DNA of 64,000 bases from Octopus sinensis. Taxonomy: Eukaryota. The DNA is taken from NCBI RefSeq assembly GCF_006345805.1, contig NC_042997.1, positions 9,548,001 through 9,612,000 of the forward strand, in the 5' to 3' direction. The notes beneath the pieces were generated by a model. That model had not been told where the DNA came from, searched no databases, and was given only the letters and a program-made list of their open reading frames with translations. Both the position numbers and the translations under genes were made by a program. This document shows, in pieces, positions 1 to 12,365 of the stretch (position 1 is the first letter of the stretch; each line of letters begins with the position of its first letter).

Positions 1-274
1 CCTAAGTAACTTAAGTACAGGACTTGCTTTTGTTTTGAACTTGCTGCTGTATTGAAAGCAACTTCTGAAAAACACATGAAATGCAAAGCAGTGCTGTTTT
101 CTGTATGTAAATCTAGGTGCAAATCTTGGGGGTTTGGGGTTCGTATTTATCTGTGTCTTTTTAAATAATTTCCCAGGAAGCTATTATTTAAGCCATTGTT
201 TCTGTTTTCATTTTCCTCATCCTAATAATCTCTATTTCTACATATTTAATAAATTCTCCATTTCTTTTAGCAAC

Positions 275-1290
275 ACATTATCATTGCTGCTGAGAAAGGA
301 TCCAAGTAATAGGGATCACATTTACATTTTTGGGCCCATAACTCTGAAGATTCAAAGGTTTTGGCCAATATGTAAGTGAAATAGCTGATGCTTGTCACCA
401 GTAGTCTTAGTGGAAGAGCACAAACTTGTACTATCCTAAACAGATCTGGCCATAACAACCTTCATCTCATGTGGTATATCATAGGGGTGGAGGAGAAAAC
501 TGGCATGAGTGAAGCCTTGATAGATCAGCCAAGGGCCTTTGACTTTCAATACTTGATGGCTATCTTCACAACACTCGTGTAGCAAGTGGGTGGAGGAAGT
601 CCGCCCCAAGTGGCACTTTTAAAAGGTAGCACTTTTGGGTCTGTTGTAGGCAATAGGTGTCTTTTGTTGGGTACAGGGACAGAAAATAGAATGGCCACCC
701 CAGGCGGCACACACTCTAGCTATGCTAGTGCTTCACAGCAGCTGATTTTGATTGCGTTTTTAGGGGCTGAATCACAGCAGTGTTCAGCAACATTTGCTCA
801 GTAGTTAGAGTAAATGGCCAGCTATCAGAAGCATTTTGTATCATGGACTCAATCTATGAATGTTGTCCCCTTTCATCCATTATGTGTATACTAACTGTAT
901 AAAGTTACTAGAGCTACAATGGAAACTAGAGACTTTGAGAGGCATCTTGCATGAAATAGGATGAAGAAGATCAATGTTGGCATACATGGATAAAGTTACC
1001 ATCACAATGTCAGAGGCAAAGTACATGCAGGTGATTGGCACTTACTACAAGGCGGTAACAGGAGCACAACTTAATCAGGAAATATCAATGGCCCTGAATC
1101 TGTGTACCTGAAATGGGAGATTCTTGCCATCCAATAGCATCATTGGATGTTGGATGGACAGAATGGTTAAACTATTCAAAGTCAAGATCTTCGGGTGAGG
1201 TAGAACTGGGAGAAAATCATCTGTATCATTGGCAATCTCATACATAGTGGCATTTTGTCTATCTTGACATTCTGATTTCAAATTCCACCG
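275..1290 (+). mobile_element. Decayed Tx1/L1-like non-LTR retrotransposon, reverse transcriptase region
   Basis: Broken frames give LLRKDP..GPITL, AQTC..NNLHLMWYII..ALIDQPRAFD, VRVNGQLSEAF..CCPLS, AYMDKVTI (YADD position) and TGAQLNQE. These follow the order of L1/Tx1 RT motifs. Stops and frameshifts are present, and a MITE interrupts it at 572-730. Confidence 0.85.
572..730. mobile_element. ~160-bp MITE, probably hAT-type
   Basis: Imperfect TIRs cactcgtgtagc / gctatgctagtg. 8-bp TSD cttcacaa (564-571) / cttcacag (731-738). The RT reading resumes after it. Confidence 0.75.
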
Positions 1291-1309
1291 AGACCAACTT
1301 TGCCTATAT

Positions 1310-1418
1310 CCTTTTGAGGTCAATGAAATAAGTACCAGTTGAGCCCAGGGGTGTCAATGTAATCAACTTATCCCACTCATCCCCGAACGTACAGGCCTTG
1401 TGCCAAAATTTGAAATCA

Positions 1419-1420
<2 letters not shown>
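1310..1420 (+). mobile_element. 3' part of SINE family E (Meta/Sauria-like central domain)
   Basis: ggtcaatgaaataagtaccagttg...ggccttgtgccaaaatttgaaa matches the copies at 10385 and 29742. Confidence 0.7.
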
Positions 1421-1477
<57 letters not shown>

Positions 1478-1494
1478 ATTAGAATTATTATTAT
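1418..1494. repeat. (TTA)n microsatellite
   Basis: Direct inspection. Confidence 0.95.
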
Positions 1495-2022
1495 TGAGTG
1501 AGAGAGCAGTGCATGCCATCAAAGTAACACTGGGGTAAAATATACAAAGTCTAGTATACTCATCATGACTGATAATGGTTCACCAAGCACATACATCACA
1601 ACCATATGTATGACATCGTGATCTCATATCAAGGTAAACAGTGCATGACCTTGTAGGTAGGGCGCAGTTAGAATTTTCTTCATGTTGAGTAGCCCACCCC
1701 ACTCAAAAGGTTCCTGAATAAGGGATGTTTAAGGATGTTTCCAAAGGTGAATTATCCAAACCCCAAAGAATTCCTCTCAACACATGGCTATGATACTTCG
1801 CTGCTACTTCTGCTCATGATCAGAGATGCACATATCATCAGACACCAAAAGACATGCTCAACTGGTTAAGATCAAACAACTGACAAGCAAGTCTGTGGTA
1901 TTGAGCAGAATATTTGTTGTAGCCCATCTTTTATACCAAGACAAAGCAATGTACATGATAACCTTTCCGATAAGTTAAGACCAGAAGCCATGAGAGCCAC
2001 TGCCTGGTACTGCATCAGGGCA
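1495..2022 (-). mobile_element. ~530-550-bp non-coding retroposed element in (TAA)n, copy 1
   Basis: Aligns over its length with 27045-27599. Same 5' end (tgccctgat on the - strand) and a (TAA)n tail. Confidence 0.85.
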
Positions 2023-2035
2023 TTATATATTATTA

Positions 2036-2368
2036 TGGAGATGTACTCACATAGCAAGTGACCTGATCTGAAATCGTGTGCTTAAACAAAAACAATTGCA
2101 GCATGGAAGGTGTTTATAAACCATTTAAAAACTCACAAAACTATTAGATTCACTTCAACATTTAAATTCAATTTGTTAAAACATATTCGTTGCTTTGAAA
2201 CCGCGACCAGTTCACTGAGAAAAGAGATGCAGCACAGAATTTTGTCAGTGAACAGGTTGCGGTTTCTAAGCAACGAATATATTTTGACAAATTAAATTTA
2301 AGTGTTGAAGTGAATCTAACGGTTTTTGTGTTTTTAAATGGTTTATAAACACCTTCCATGCTGTAATT
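2036..2368. mobile_element. Inverted dimer of a ~205-bp Penelope-like non-autonomous element carrying hammerhead-like motifs
   Basis: ~130-bp arms (2093-2223 vs 2237-2368) are reverse complements. 16-bp TSD gcattatatattatta (2020-2035) / gcattatatatcatta (2369-2384). The monomer recurs at 27870-28074. Confidence 0.8.
2241..2291 (+). ncRNA. Hammerhead-like motif with GUGAACA core; A15.1 mutated in this copy
   Basis: tttgtca-GTGAACA-g-gttgc[ggtttctaa]gcaac-GAA-tatattt-tgacaaa. Stems I and II pair perfectly. Confidence 0.55.
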
Positions 2369-2739
2369 GCATTATATATCATTATTATTATTATATTACA
2401 TAATAATGTTGTTATACAATATTATATAATAATGCTGTTATATAATGTTGTTGTTGTTGTTGTTGTTCAACATTTGGTAGTTTCAGACAAATTTCTACTC
2501 CATCACCTGCTATACATCTCTGTTACTGGGGTGTGCACAGCTTTGTGTGTTCTTTTTTGTTGTTGGAACTGTACAATCTCTTTCCGGTATTGTATTGCAT
2601 CAGTTTCTTTCTTTTAAGTCTTTTGTTGTATTAGTGTTGATATTGTGCACTGTGTGTGTAATGCATTGGGTATGCAGCCTGCTGGTGGTAGCTTATTTCC
2701 ATGGATATTTACTATATAGACTGTGTCTTGCATTTGCGG

Positions 2740-3075
2740 GTGAAGGCACATGGCTCAGTGGTTAGAGCGTTGAGCTTATGATTGTGAGGTTGTGAGTTCA
2801 AATCCCAGACCGGGCTGTGTATTGTGTTCTTGAGCAAGACACTTTATTTCACGTTGCTCCAGTTCACTAAGCTGTAGAAATGAGTTGTGATGTCACAGGT
2901 GCCAAGCTGTATCGGCCATTGCCTTTCCCTTGGATAACATCAATGGCATGGAGAGGAGAAGCTGGTATGCATGGGTGACTGCTGGTCTTCCATAAGCATC
3001 ATTGCCTGGACTTGTTCCTGGGAGGGTAACTTTCTAGGTTCAATCCCATGGTCAGTCATGACCGAAGGGGGTCTC
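2740..3075 (+). mobile_element. tRNA-derived SINE family B, full length
   Basis: A box tggctcagtgg and B box gagttcaaatccc. Matches 20104-20439. Confidence 0.9.
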
Positions 3076-3622
3076 AGCAGTGTGTTTGTGGATTGTTTTG
3101 TTTGGGTTGTATTATTGAATTGATAGTGTCTTGCGTAGGATGTGGGCTGTTACTAACAAGGCTATCTTTTGGATAGTGTTGAGTGAGTAGTTTTATCATT
3201 ATTATTAATATTATCATCATCCTCATTAATATCATCATCACCATTATCATCATTGTTACATAGTCCAGGTTCATGCCCTTTGCATTACATTTTGGATCAT
3301 AAGTGCTCTTGCTATAGCTTCAGGTTAACTCAAATATTGAGAGGAAATTTGTCTTGACAGAAACTATGTAGAATCCATTGAATGTAGCTGGAATTCAAAA
3401 GTCTGGCCTTGTCACATGGTTCAACTCTGATTACTACTTGAGAATCGTTATAGAGTACAAGCATCTGTAGTTAACTTACCTACTTGGCATGTTAATTCAA
3501 AGAGCAGATAATGCATATGTATGTATGTATGTATGTATGTATATAGAAAACAGTTATTAAATGAAGAACTAACCATTCATTTTTACTGTATCCATGCATG
3601 GGGCACTGCCATTAGGGATAAA

Positions 3623-3679
<57 letters not shown>

Positions 3680-3702
3680 ATATCTACATATATATATTTT
3701 TT

Positions 3703-4092
3703 TATTTTACTTGTTTCAGTCATTTGACTGCAGCCATGCTGGAACATTGCCTTTAGTCAAACAAATCAACCCCAGGACTTTGTAAGCCTAGTAATTATTC
3801 TATTAGTCTCTTTTGCTGAACCACTAAGTTATAGGGATGTACACACGCCAACCTAGGTTGTCAAACGATGGTGGTGGGGGACAAACACAGACATACGAAT
3901 ACATACATATATATATATGTATATGTATACGATGGGCTTCTTTCAGTTTCTGTCTACCAAATCCACTTACAAGGTTTGATTGGCCAGAGGCGATAGTCAA
4001 AGACACTTACCCTAGGTGCCACAGAGTGGGACTGAACCTGAAACCATGTGGTTGGGAAGCAAGCTTCTCACTACACACCCAGTCATGTGCCT
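3703..4092 (-). mobile_element. SINE family A (abundant, internal TA/TG microsatellite)
   Basis: Reverse complement of the family at 11149, 30821 and 60916. Confidence 0.9.
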
Positions 4093-4329
4093 ATATACAT
4101 ACATATGTTCATACATAAGATATATAGGAATCCTGACCTTTATAATCATTATTATTGATTTTTCTTGCTGGCATGCACTGGGCAGTTATTCTGTAGCAAC
4201 ATCTTATGGCCAGATGCCCTTCTTAATGCAAACCCTCTTTATGTCATCTTTCATAACATGCACAAACATGGTGTGTCTATTCTAAAACTGGGATGGAGAC
4301 ATACATACATACATACATACATACATACA

Positions 4330-4361
<32 letters not shown>

Positions 4362-4392
4362 AACATACATATATACATATATGCATATATAT

Positions 4393-4780
4393 AGCTTACT
4401 TCCCAACCACATGGTTCCAGGTTCAGTCCCATAGGTTCAGTCCTTGGGCAAGTGTCTCTACTACAACTTCGGACCAACCAAAGTTTTGTGAGCAGATTTG
4501 GTAGACAGAATCTGGAAGAAGCCTGTCATGTGTGTGTGTGTGTGTTAGTGTGTGTGTGTGTGGGTGGGTGGGTGTGTTTCTGTGTTAGTCCTTCACCACT
4601 ACTTGGTGCTAGTGTGTTTACATTCCCATAACTTAGTGTTTTTGGCAAAAGAGACTGTTAGAATAAGTACCTGACTTTAAAAATATAAGTTCTGGGGTCA
4701 ATTTGTTCAATAAAACCCTTCAGTGTGGTGCCTCAGTAAGGCCACAGTCTAAGGATAGAAACAAGTAGAAGATAAAAAGG
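4393..4780 (+). mobile_element. SINE family A, 5'-truncated and diverged
   Basis: ccacatggttccaggttcagtccc...gaataagtac...gaaacaagta. Confidence 0.85.
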
Positions 4781-4782
4781 TA

Positions 4783-4795
4783 TATCTATCTATCC

Positions 4796-4875
<80 letters not shown>

Positions 4876-4978
4876 CTTTGTCTATTTATTTATCTATCTA
4901 TCTACATGTGTATGTGCGTGTGTGTGTGCATGTGTGCGTGTGTGTGTGCGTGCATGTGTGTGTGTGTGTGTGTGTGTG
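4783..4978. repeat. (TCTA)n followed by (TG)n compound microsatellite
   Basis: Direct inspection. Confidence 0.95.
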
Positions 4979-7324
4979 CTCACACATATTTGTATGCCTA
5001 TTGTTTTAGTGAAAAAGGGATGGCTATTACTGATGGTCTTTTCCAGACCCTCCAAAACTGATAGGAGAGAAGGAGGAAGTTCTCCCCAGATCATAGAACT
5101 TGCCCTAATGCTTACAACAAATTTGACTTTGCTAAATACATTGAAAGACCTGACAGTGGTATTATACCAGGCAACAGATTCAGTTCACTACCTCAAAAAT
5201 ATATTTCTGAATTGCTTTGAAAGTTTCATTATTCTAAAGTCTATAATGTAAATACCTGTAATAAAATGGAAATTGATTTAATCAACTAACTCCACTTTCC
5301 CCCTCTCTCACTAAATTTAGTTTCTACCCAAGTAAAAAAGAAATTTTCATTTGAAAGATTTTTTTTTCCAATTCTCCAATAATCATAAATTTATGTTTGT
5401 CTTAGATATCTGCATTATTAATTCCACCTAACTTTACAAACATGATTGGTTTTCTAAATAGATTGAAGTTTATAGTAATATATTTAATTAATTTAAGCAT
5501 TTATTATAAATTTACACTATATTATTATATATTTTTAAAAAAATAGTTTTTCAGTTCCATGCACATACATATGTACACTAGCTAACACAAACACATACAG
5601 AAACACTGAAACATACCTATACATAAACATATGTATCTCTTTTTTCTTTTTTCCCTTTTAGTAGATGAAAAATTTGTAATTACACATCAAAGTCATGCTG
5701 ACTATAACATAAAGGGGTTGAGCCTGACACTTGGAATGTTTCTGTATAATATTGGCACATCTCTTTTAACTCTTAATATTTACAAACAGTTTTTGGTTTC
5801 TCTTTTTCTTTGAGATTTGTTTTACAACCATTGATATTGATATTCTTGTCCAACCCAAGTCAAGCTAAAGGTGGAAGAGGGTGAGGTGAAAAAAAATGTT
5901 GTGAGATAGACATAAACGATGGTGATGGTCATGGACAATGATGAAAATGCTGATGATGGCTGGATACGACAATATTGGAAGTAGTGAACATGATGATTGT
6001 GGCATAATTAAATAGTTTATAAATTACACCAAATATGAAAAGTGGTTAATTAGTCGCTGGTGTCAAGAAAAACTAAAAAATGAATGAGTAGAGGCTATTT
6101 TTAATTGCTTTATTCATTTAGTTATTTAAATTAAAGTTTTTTTCACATTTATTTATTTATTTATGTTTAAACTTGTGTTCGATTAATTAAAAATGATTAA
6201 TCATTTTATTCAAATATCAAATGAACTAAAACTTGAAAAATTCTAATTTTAATACTCATACCTATTTTTTTTTTTTTTGATTTTGTTTTTAACTTAAGTT
6301 TTTCAATTCGTACCTCCACCTTGTGCAAATGTATATATATATATATATATGAATATATATACATACATTTATATGTATCTGCATATGTATATATACACAG
6401 ATGCACATGCTTGCACACACACACATATAACTATTGAAAATGTTTGTTTGTATGTATGCATGTATTTAAGTATATATATGTATCTACATATTCGTATATA
6501 TTCTTATGTATGTATGTATGTGTATCTATGTATTCATGCATACATGTATGTGCGTGCACATACATGTATAAAACATACACATGTGTATGTGTGTGATGTG
6601 TCTGTCTGTCTGCATACATGTGTGTCTGTGTGTGTGTATGCATGTGCATGCATGTGTATGTGTATATATATATGTATATGTGTTATATGGAAACTGATGA
6701 ATGAGAATTGTAGAGTATTTATGGAACATGTTTTATGTAAAAACTTGAAATTAAAATATAATTGACTAAAAATGTTTAATTCATTTTTTCGCCTCTTCAA
6801 CCCTATGACAAACATTTTTAAAACAACAAATTACACATGTTCAAATTGTTCACACGAATCATAAATTGATACATATACATACACACTCATGTGTGTATGT
6901 ATGTATGTATATGTGCATGTGTGTATGTATGTATGTGTGTATTTCAATTTGCTCCCATTTATTTTCATATTTGTTAATTAATTTTTATTAACTGACAGCT
7001 ATGATGATCAACACCAGATCATCAAGCACAGGGTGAATGAATTTTGGAACCTGGGTTTGATTCTTTGTTGAAGCAAAATTTCCACTTCAGTTAGACACCT
7101 CAAAAGTTATTTTGAGAAAGCTTTTATATGTTCACTCAACTTGCAAAAATTGACAGCTACAATGTGTGTTTATTAAATGTATGCACGTAAACTTATTTAC
7201 AATTTATCCACATTTGCTTTCTCCATAGTTTAGCTGACACACACATACACACACACAAATATATATCATCATCATCATCATCACCCTCCCCCCTATCGTC
7301 GTTGTCATCGTTGCCGTCGTTATC

Positions 7325-7550
7325 ATCATCATCATTTAACTTCCATGTTCCATTCTGGTATAGACTGGATGGTTTGACAAGATCTGACATGTCAAAAGAC
7401 TGCATCATGCTCCTCTGTCTATTTTAGCTAGATTTCTAAGGCTAGATCCATTTCCTATTGGCAACCACTTTACAGTGTGTATGGGGTGCTTTTTTGTGTG
7501 CCACCAGTACTAGTGAGGTTGCCATGCAGTTTGCATGACTATAGACTCTG
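7325..7550 (-). mobile_element. Diverged RTE-type 3' tail with (GAT)n end
   Basis: catcatcatttaacttccatgttccat...ggatggtttgac resembles the LINE end at 44180. Confidence 0.6.
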
Positions 7551-7586
7551 AGAGAGGTGGCTTTATTCTACAAAATAAAGGATTAA

Positions 7587-7807
7587 CCCTTTAGCATTCA
7601 GTTTACTCTATCAAATGCAATGCTTATTGACTCACATCTGTTTTGAATTAATCATGCATTATCTTGTAGCTTTGAGATTTCAATGATGTGCTTGTATACT
7701 TTTAGAATGACATTCTAGGGTAGGTGTGAGAGACCAGATCAGGCCAGTTTGAACATAAAACAAGTAGAATATTTTGGCTAGATATGACTGGTTTAACTGC
7801 TAAAGGG
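7587..7807. mobile_element. piggyBac-type MITE
   Basis: TTAA-ccctttagca ... tgctaaaggg-TTAT termini. Confidence 0.8.
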
Positions 7808-7855
7808 TTATAGTATGAGAGAAGAGGGCAAAGTTAAAAAGGTTTGTTGCTGTAG

Positions 7856-8062
7856 TTGTTGTTGTTGTTAAGCAACATGAGAGGTAAGGGTGATCAGGTG
7901 ACGGTCTAGGGCTCAGGGGTGGGAGACCCCAGACCTTGGGAAAAAAAAAACTTTGGTTGTCTTGTTGTAGTCGAGGGCTCTTCGCTGATGCCTGACACTG
8001 CTGGGAAGTGGCCCTCGAAGTCACTGGAAATGGTGATCTCCAGGTCCAAATTCTTGGACGGC
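7856..8062 (-). mobile_element. ~200-bp structured retroposed element with (CAA)n tail, copy 1
   Basis: Homologous to 24102-24304 and 31502-31709. 11-bp TSD tgttgctgtag (7845-7855 / 8063-8073). Confidence 0.85.
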
Positions 8063-8094
8063 TGTTGCTGTAGCAGTGCTGCATAGCTACTCAC

Positions 8095-8900
8095 ATTTAG
8101 AAATACCCCAAATGCATACTCTCCACTCCAATTAGGAAGAAAAGAGGGGATGAAACCAATAAACTGTCCACAGTCTGTCTACCTTATGTGAAAGGCCTCT
8201 CTGAAAAGTTACAAAAAGTTACATCCCATGACATCAGGACAGTATTCAAAAGTAATACAACACTTCGCAAATATCTCCTTCAAGCAAAACCACTAATAGA
8301 AGAGAATATGACTAAGAACTACATGTACTCCATCCCATGCAGCTGTGGTAGGTTATACAAAGTCGAAACATGCAGCCCCCTCAAAATAAAGATAGAGGAA
8401 CATCAGTGAGATATTGATAAATTGGGTATAGCTGATCGTGTATGGAAAAACGGAGACCATCTCTCCCTGTGGGATGAAGTTAAAATAATATACAGAGAAC
8501 ACCACTGGAAAATACAAAAGCTAAAAGAAGCAGCACATATGTTAGGACACAATGACCTCCTAGGCAGACCAAGTGCAGATATGAACAGCATATGGGAACC
8601 GGTATTAAGGAAGGATAGGAGAATATTAGATTTATAAGCCCTAAAATTCACTCCATAATGACCCACGGCATATGGCGTAGTGGTTAAGAGCACAGGCCAT
8701 TAACCCCAAGATTCCGAGTCTGAATAATAATAATGATGATGATGATGATAATAATATCGAAATATACCTTAGGAATGAGAACCCAGGTTCAAAATTTCCC
8801 CAAGGCACCTAATGAAGGCTGAAGGGTATATCAGCTGAAATGTTGTGTTAACAACAAACAAGATGAGGACAAATATCCATTAATGGTAAATAATGTTCTT
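8095..8900 (+). mobile_element. Penelope-like element 3' part (GIY-YIG endonuclease remnant plus terminal region)
   Basis: CLPYVKGLSEKLQK..IRTVFKSNTTLRKYL..YSIPCSCGRLYKVET..KIEEH..WDEVKII..KLKEA, followed by a tRNA-like segment and a hammerhead relic. Confidence 0.88.
8805..8848 (+). ncRNA. Degenerate minimal hammerhead ribozyme (G5A)
   Basis: gcac-CTAATGA-a-ggctga[agggtata]tcagct-GAA-atgtt-gtgt, downstream of the PLE ORF. Confidence 0.65.
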
Positions 8901-9389
8901 TTGTACTGTAAACCATTTCTGTGATCATCCCTTTCCTTGATGCCCTAAGCAATGCTTATTTTGCTTAATGGTTAATCCAGCACAGCCTCTCTCTTATAAA
9001 TCTCTCCTACCACACATCCCATTTCTTTCTTTATCCTATGCCACTGGTATCCATGCCTTTAATGGCTTTATCTCTTATGCTTCTATATCTCATTTTCTTA
9101 CTTCTTATTTCTAAATCACTTATCTTCTTGTCTCTTTCAGTTTTCTATGTGATCAGGGTAACTAAGAATGGTAGAGGATCACTGTACCATGTCTCCGGTA
9201 TAACTAGAGATGTCATTAAACCGATTTGACTCTCTCATCAAAACTCAGCTCTTCTCTTTCTCATTTTTATCACCAAATCTCTCTTGCCCATCTCCAGCCA
9301 TAGGTATAAACATTTTATCAGCTTTGCATGTACTTCACATACTGCACCAACATCTCATCATTATTCCTTCCAACCATTTGTTACCCCTT

Positions 9390-9660
9390 GACTGGCTCTC
9401 ATGCCGGTGGCATATAAAAAGCACCATCCAAACATGATCGATGCAAGGCCCAACTGACTGGTTTCTGTGCCAGTTTCAAGTATAAAGCACCCACTACATT
9501 TTTGGCGTGGTTGGCATTAGGAAGGGCATCCAGCCGTAGAAATATTGCCAGATCAGATTGGAGCCTGGTGCAGCCACTGGCTCTCCAGACCCTAGTCAAA
9601 CCGTTCAACCTATGCTAGCAAGGAAAACTGACATTAAACAATGATGGTGATGATGATGAT
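9390..9660 (+). mobile_element. RTE LINE 3' UTR/tail fragment
   Basis: aaagcacccactac..ttggcattaggaagggcatccagc..(GAT)n, the same as the end of the LINE at 44180-46310. Confidence 0.88.
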
Positions 9661-10384
9661 CTATTAGTTATTCTCAACATTTAGCCACCTCTTACTATCC
9701 ATCATTTTCTCACCCTTTCTACCAGCCTTATCTCAATCACTGTTCCCTTTCATTTCATTCTTGATCCCTCAACCCCTTCAATCCCATTTCTTCTTTTGTT
9801 AGTGCTGTATTTTTTTTATTCAGCTCATCAAATATGTTGTTCTGAGGGAATATACATGCAAAAAAGAGACAACCACTTCATAATCTTATGGGGGCAAACA
9901 ATCTGACCAAATAGGCTCCTACAAAGTGGTGATGAGGGCATTCAACAATGCAGATATATGACTTCATAGGATTATATATACTGGAAACCTTAACAAAGAG
10001 GGCCCCATCAGTCCTTTTGGTTTATAGAGAGATGACATGTCAGCCCCCTTTAGAGACATAAATAGGCACACCCTAGACAGTCTTTCGGAGGATCTAATTC
10101 ACACAGCTCATTTGGTCTTAAGATTAGAATTCAGACCAGTCTTACAAACCCTACTACAAACCAAATGAAAGGTTGTCATCTATTAACACAGCTTCCTGCT
10201 ACTCATCTGTTGTGTTTAAGAACTTTGCAAAGGTAGTCAGTTAGAGGATGTTGAGCCTATCCTTGAATAAAGAAATTTACGAAGCTAGGCCCCTCTAGTA
10301 CAAAAAGGCTTTGGCAGCCTGCAGGTTTGAGGACCTAATGCTGGGACCTAATACCCCCAAAAGAAAGTGCCACCATATGGTCAT

Positions 10385-10617
10385 AAAGGTGGCGAGCTGG
10401 CAGACACGTTAGCACACCGGGCGAAATGCGTAGCCGTATTTCGTCTGCCGTTACGCTCTGAGTTCAAATTCCGCCGAGGTCGACTTTGCCTTTCATCCTT
10501 TCGGGGTCGATAAATTAAGTACCAGTTTCGCACTGGGGTCGATGTAATCGACTTAATTCCTTTGTCTGTCCTTGTTTGTCCCCTCTATGTTTAGCCCCTT
10601 GTGGGTAGTAAACAAAT
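10385..10617 (+). mobile_element. SINE family E, full length and well preserved
   Basis: B box gagttcaaattcc. Central gaggtcgactttgcctttcatcctttcggggtcgataaattaagtaccag resembles the Meta/Sauria domain. 10-bp TSD atatggtcat. Confidence 0.9.
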
Positions 10618-11148
10618 ATATGGTCATTTAGTTTCATCATCCTTCTCCATCAACTCAAAACATGCATGGAAAGGGTATTCCTTAGATCAGTGGATAAGCA
10701 TTTTATGCAATTCCATGGGTACAGAAAATTATTTAATAAATACACTTAAAGGTCTCATTTAACTGTGCACCCAGTATAAAAAAAGATTTTAGTGAATACC
10801 CCTAAACCCCACATAGAGGTGGGATGTTCATGTTGGCTCAGGAAGAAATCCCTCATAAGCAGACGATGTGATTGACTCCAAGGCTGTGGTCTATGAGATG
10901 GAGGTGGTGTCCATCAGTAACAGCAGCAGCACCATCAATGTATCCGACAATAGCAGCAATAATAGCAGCAGCAGCAACAACAACAGTAACATAGGGATAC
11001 ATACATGAAAATATGTTGGAGCTACAACTAAATAACAAGTTGTCTTTTAGGATTCCAGAGAGGAACGTACTTCTTGGCCATCTGCATATTGTATCTAAAT
11101 GAGGAGAGGATGTTATACATGATTAAGTGGAAGCTCCTAAAAAAATCT

Positions 11149-11517
11149 GGCAGGAGTGGCTGTGTGGTAAGTAGCTTGCTAACCAACCACATGGTTCCGG
11201 GTTCAGTCCCACTGCGTGGCACCTTGGGCAAGTGTCTTCTGCTATGGCCCCGGGCCGACCAATGCCTTGTGAGTGGATTTGGTAGACGGAAACTGAAAGA
11301 AGCCTGTCGTATATATGTATATATATATATGTGTGTGTGTCTGTGTTTGTCCCCCTAGCATTGCTTGACAACCGATGCTGGTGTGTTTACGTCCCCGTCA
11401 CTTAGCGGTTCGGCAAAAGAGACCGATAGAATAAGTACTGGGCTTACAAAGAATAAGGCAGTGCTCCAGCATGGCCACAGTCAAATGACTGAAACAAGTA
11501 AAAGAGTAAAAGAGTAT
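11149..11517 (+). mobile_element. SINE family A, near full length
   Basis: gcaggagtggctgtgtggtaag head and (gtaaaaga)n tail. Confidence 0.92.
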
Positions 11518-12152
11518 ACATCAGTGGGAGCAGACGATGTAAACTTTGCTTGGCTGAGAGGGCAAGGATATTAAAAGATTTGCTTGATCTGGAAAGCATC
11601 TTAAATTCCAAAAGAGAAATTTTTAGTTGGTGCCATTATGAGAGAAGATTCATGTTGAAGACATGGATTTATCCACTGACTACTGAATGATAATTGTGCA
11701 TAAACTAACCCTTTTTGGACACAGCTGGAACCTTTGAAAGGGACATAACTTCATCTTGCACAGAGGAGGCTTTTGCCTCGAAGAATTTTGTTTTAGGTTT
11801 ATTTTGTTTACGACTTTGCTGACCAAGACTGTATTCTTACTTATATTAGTAAAGAGATTATGTACCTCTGGCCAGTGGGTTTGATGAGTCACCTTTGTTA
11901 CTAAGAGCAATAATAGACATGAAACCAGGGGTAACTTTCTGATCAGCTGTAACCAACATCTTCATGACATATATATATATATATATTTATAATTAAGGGT
12001 TAATTGCAACAAGTTGCTCAAAACCACATACCGAAAATATTAGAAATAGCAGCCAAAATTGATCACTATTTCCTCTACTAATAAAAAGTCTCCACAAACA
12101 AACAGAATTTGTAACCTGTATATGGCGAAAAAGGAAGAAAATAACGAAATCC

Positions 12153-12156
<4 letters not shown>

Positions 12157-12216
<60 letters not shown>

Positions 12217-12365
12217 TATATATGCACAAACATATATATATCAATATAGACATACACACATATATAAACATATATACACACATATGTATGTATATTTATG
12301 TGTGTGATATGTGTGTATGCATGTATATATGTATATATGTATGAGTGCCTGTGTGTGTGTGTGCA
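12157..12365. repeat. (TA)n and compound TA/CA/TG microsatellite
   Basis: Direct inspection. Confidence 0.9.

Noticed and set aside
5046-5251. Open frames with exon-like composition
   Set aside because: No consistent acceptor/donor pair and no recognisable protein similarity.
9880-11950. Less AT-rich segments between SINEs that may be an old retroelement
   Set aside because: I could not recover diagnostic motifs by eye.
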